Virus record (IMG/VR): IMGVR_UViG_3300047496_000075
Coordinates: 1-35,862 of that record
Origin: a virus
Direction: 5' to 3' (one strand)
Length of the DNA stretch: 35,862 bases
Shown here: in pieces, positions 33,281 to 35,862 of the stretch
How positions within the stretch are numbered: position 1 is the stretch's first letter
Layout: the number at the start of each line of letters is the position of its first letter
Position numbers and translations under genes: made by a program
The notes under the pieces: generated by a model
Database searches by the model: none
The model's input: the letters and a program-made list of their open reading frames with translations, nothing else
Told to the model about the DNA's origin: nothing

Positions 33281-33316
33281 AGGCGCCGGAAGAGTCGAGG
33301 TTGTTGTAATTGCCAT
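33281..33316 (-). CDS. Major capsid protein, exon 1 (MAITTTSTLPAP)
   Basis: The ATG at 33316 is preceded by AAGGAG with a 6-nt spacer. Confidence 0.65.
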
Positions 33317-33523
33317 CGATTAGCTCCTTAAAATATATGAATATATACTTCAAGCTGGACGAGTCTTGGCTTTTGCGTCCGTGGATTGGGCGATGATCCA
33401 TTGCGCCGAGGTGAGTTGAGGACAAAATATCGACAACTTATAGATAGTTGAAGATTGCGATTCTTCTATTGCGCTAATGGAATTATAACTTTTAGAGTTG
33501 AAAAGTGCAAATTAAAATTGGAA

Positions 33524-33566
33524 CCCGAGCTAAAGAAGATATACGGATAAACTTCTTCAACTCGGG
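33524..33566 (-). terminator. Imperfect hairpin (CCCGAG..AAGAAG / CTTCTT..CTCGGG) followed by a U-rich tract; attenuator-like, between the scaffold and capsid genes
   Basis: Read directly. On the minus strand UUCCAAUUUUAAUUU follows. Confidence 0.35.
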
Positions 33567-33653
33567 CAAGTAATGAAGCCTAATTTAATTCCCATGAAGT
33601 ACAAAACATAGCTAAATAAAATTTACAATACCTTCATGGGATATACTAATTTA

Positions 33654-34382
33654 CTATCTACCCTGCCTTATTGCAAGCATCATCTCTTTGTGGAGCTGTG
33701 TTTTTAAGTCCTCAGTAAGACCATTGGCAAATGCATTTGCATTAGTTAGGGGGCTATTTGATTGCTGTGGGGATATCGAAGCTAGCGGCCTTGGCTTAGC
33801 AGCATTTCTCTGAACTACAGCCTTTTCATTTTCATAAGTATGTTCTGGCGATATACCAAGCTTTTTTATTAACTTGTAAGTAGAAATAGCTTTACTATAA
33901 ACATCCGTGGATGTGTGTAGTGTATGTGCTAATTCTGGGAAATCAGAACGTAGTTGCTCAATATTTTCATCATTTACTACCGAAGCAAAGTCAGGATATT
34001 GAGATAATACCCTTGTTTCAACTGATTGTGCGGTAGATTGTTGTTGATATTGTCTTAATTGCTCTTCGAGCTTACGTACTTTTTTATCCACTTTAGAAAG
34101 GTGTTTGCCTTCAGCATACTGATCCGCCTCGAGTCCAAGATCTGAATCAACTTCCTCAGTTGATTGGCTTTCGGACCTTTTATTATTATTTTGTTCATAT
34201 TGCCTTAATAAATTATAAGCTTCATCTCTTTCGCGCTGAATTCTTTCTTTAGATTCACGCAGTTGCCTAAAGCTTTCAGATGGACTTGTTTTTTGTTCTT
34301 GTACTGGTTGAACTTGCTGTTCTATTTCTTGTGTTTCAACTTCTTCAGGAACTTGCGGTAAATTATCTATATCATCAAACAT
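33654..34382 (-). CDS. Scaffolding-like protein (acidic, coiled-coil, 242 aa)
   Basis: Highly charged Gln/Glu-rich sequence immediately upstream of the capsid gene. Confidence 0.5.
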   Translation of the reverse strand: MFDDIDNLPQVPEEVETQEIEQQVQPVQEQKTSPSESFRQLRESKERIQRERDEAYNLLRQYEQNNNKRSESQSTEEVDSDLGLEADQYAEGKHLSKVDKKVRKLEEQLRQYQQQSTAQSVETRVLSQYPDFASVVNDENIEQLRSDFPELAHTLHTSTDVYSKAISTYKLIKKLGISPEHTYENEKAVVQRNAAKPRPLASISPQQSNSPLTNANAFANGLTEDLKTQLHKEMMLAIRQGR

Positions 34383-34600
34383 TATTTATTCTCCCGATTT
34401 ATTTTTGCTAATTTTTGAACCTGTTTATAATTAACGTACGCAGAATCTTCAAATTCTATATCTAACTTTTCAAGAATCGTCTTTAATTTTATGTAAAACT
34501 CTATCTGATTTTTTTCGATAGCCATAATACGAACAGTATTTTCATTTAATTGTTCAACAGTTGAATCTATATATTTACTAAATTTTTGATCTGTCATCAT
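34382..34600 (-). CDS. Hypothetical protein (72 aa)
   Basis: ORF track; ATGA-type overlaps on both sides. Confidence 0.5.
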   Translation of the reverse strand: MMTDQKFSKYIDSTVEQLNENTVRIMAIEKNQIEFYIKLKTILEKLDIEFEDSAYVNYKQVQKLAKINRENK

Positions 34601-35082
34601 TATTTCTCCAATTCAGGGCTATCATATTTCTCCCCATTTAATTCTTTCATTAAACGGAATAAGCTTCCATCAGCAAATTTTAATACAAAATCAAGTAATT
34701 GTCTCTCTGATTCATCAACTAGTAGCTTGTTTTCGAATAAATAGTGACTTGTCTCTCTATCTGGAATTGACCATATATAACTTATCTCTTCTGTTGAAGC
34801 TGAGTATTTATATACGTTCTGATCGTAGTTTGGAGTAGGGCAAGTAGCTTGGGCAATAAAATATTCCCTAAAAGTAGGTAATGCATGACTCAATAGAGTT
34901 TCGGTCTTTAATTGTGTGCATATAAAGAAGTCGCCAATATAAAGTTTTCTATTAAATTCTGCGCATTCTATAAGATTCTTTATATAATCTGCTTCTTTAA
35001 GTTTCCACGCCTCAACTACCGACATCTTTTCTATATTGCGTTGTGATAATTCTAGTAACTGTGATCCAATTGTATTGTTCAT
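34600..35082 (-). CDS. Hypothetical protein (160 aa)
   Basis: ORF track; GGAG 5 nt upstream of the ATG. Confidence 0.6.
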   Translation of the reverse strand: MNNTIGSQLLELSQRNIEKMSVVEAWKLKEADYIKNLIECAEFNRKLYIGDFFICTQLKTETLLSHALPTFREYFIAQATCPTPNYDQNVYKYSASTEEISYIWSIPDRETSHYLFENKLLVDESERQLLDFVLKFADGSLFRLMKELNGEKYDSPELEK

Positions 35083-35124
35083 TATACTCCGCTAGTTGGC
35101 AGGGATTTTGTTTGTATTTTTATA

Positions 35125-35153
35125 ACAATAATATTAGTTTACAGGCTTGGCAA
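35125..35153 (-). promoter_or_regulatory. Candidate promoter TTGCCA-17 nt-TATTGT (minus strand)
   Basis: Read directly, just downstream of the 35197..35217 hairpin. Confidence 0.3.
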
Positions 35154-35196
35154 GAAAAAACATCTGGTTTTTGCGTTATATATAATAAACAAAATA

Positions 35197-35217
35197 GGCG
35201 ACTTTTTAAAGGCCGCC
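35197..35217 (-). terminator. Hairpin GGCGGC-loop-GUCGCC followed by UAUUUUGUUUAUU
   Basis: Read directly, downstream of the Lys-rich small gene. Confidence 0.45.
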
Positions 35218-35252
35218 CATCCAAGCAAAAGGAAGATCAATCAACTACCGAT

Positions 35253-35456
35253 CTATTTTTTCATTTTATTTTTCTTCTTTTTAGGAAGCATGCCATGACT
35301 GGCTTTCTTTTCTTCACTCAAAGCTATTGCAATAGCCTGGTCTTTTTTCTTGACAATCGGCCCCTTTTTAGATCCCGAATGAAGCTTTTTTTCTTTGAAT
35401 TCCTTCATGACTTTTTTAACTTTAGCTTTACCCTTAGTCATTTTTTTCTTAGCCAT
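35253..35456 (-). CDS. Small lysine-rich protein with KV..VM.EFK..KLHSGS..GP.V....QAIAIALSE motif
   Basis: 67-aa ORF. The motif resembles a widespread small bacterial protein family, which I believe is DUF6496 (from memory). Confidence 0.55.
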   Translation of the reverse strand: MAKKKMTKGKAKVKKVMKEFKEKKLHSGSKKGPIVKKKDQAIAIALSEEKKASHGMLPKKKKNKMKK

Positions 35457-35517
35457 TATTTACCCTTCTTGCATCCCTTACAATTCTTTTTTCCACAACT
35501 ACACATTTTATTAACCA

Positions 35518-35820
35518 TTACTCATCCTCAGGTTCATTAAATCTAATTGTATCAAATGGCCTAACTTCTGATTCCATCCAATAATGTGGGCTAAATTTAC
35601 CAGGAGTCCATTGTTTATTAATAGCTCTTTCCGGCAAATTAGACATCTTGGTATGATCTTCTCTTATCATTCTACTATCAGCTACTTCCGGCCTTCTTCT
35701 AGGATCTATTGGTTGCCTAAAAGCATGATCTGAAAAAGAAACGCTCATAGAATCAACATCAGCTTCTCTAGGTCTAACTAGATCTGCTGGTTTCTTAGGC
35801 TTATAATTTTCTCTTGCCAT
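35518..35820 (-). CDS. Hypothetical protein (100 aa), paralog of 309..674
   Basis: Start set at the Met preceded by AGGAGAAAAA. The 5' end lies inside the terminal repeat. Confidence 0.6.
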   Translation of the reverse strand: MARENYKPKKPADLVRPREADVDSMSVSFSDHAFRQPIDPRRRPEVADSRMIREDHTKMSNLPERAINKQWTPGKFSPHYWMESEVRPFDTIRFNEPEDE

Positions 35821-35862
35821 TTTTTCTCCTGAAATATGGGTGGCTTTTACCCCACCCATAAC

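Noticed and set aside
33351-33423. A roughly 73-nt GC-rich island as a possible tRNA
   Set aside because: I could not draw a 7-bp acceptor stem or find a T-loop (GTTCRA-like) motif on either strand.

Overview
The window is one complete, circularly permuted phage genome. The first 127 nt are identical to the last 127 nt, so the unique length is 35,735 bp. It is AT-rich and its gene order looks podovirus-like. Most genes are on the minus strand. The late module runs terL, portal, small proteins, (wrap-around), scaffold-like protein, major capsid, about ten virion proteins, and two tail fibers with S74 chaperone domains. There is also a minus-strand early block with RusA, a replication-initiator-like protein and many small ORFs. 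A plus-strand block at 11.7-15.2 kb carries an ERF recombinase and small zinc-ribbon proteins. It diverges from an XRE-type repressor across a promoter/operator region. I saw no tRNA, CRISPR array, integrase, DNA polymerase or recognisable endolysin.

The unusual feature is the load of self-splicing and selfish elements in the two essential morphogenesis genes.

1. The major capsid gene is split into four exons by three related group I introns. Each has a P1 helix ending in a U.G wobble and a terminal G.
2. Two of these introns are near-twins that carry different small non-endonuclease ORFs in the same loop.
3. The third intron carries a double-motif LAGLIDADG gene on the opposite strand. A 317-codon ORF on the intron-sense strand mirrors it in exact codon register.
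4. terL contains a 271-aa intein next to its nuclease motif. The only recognisable homing endonuclease in that intein (HNH) is encoded in a different reading frame, so about 650 nt appear to be dual-coding.

Everything here comes from reading the sequence by eye. No searches or RNA folding were run.
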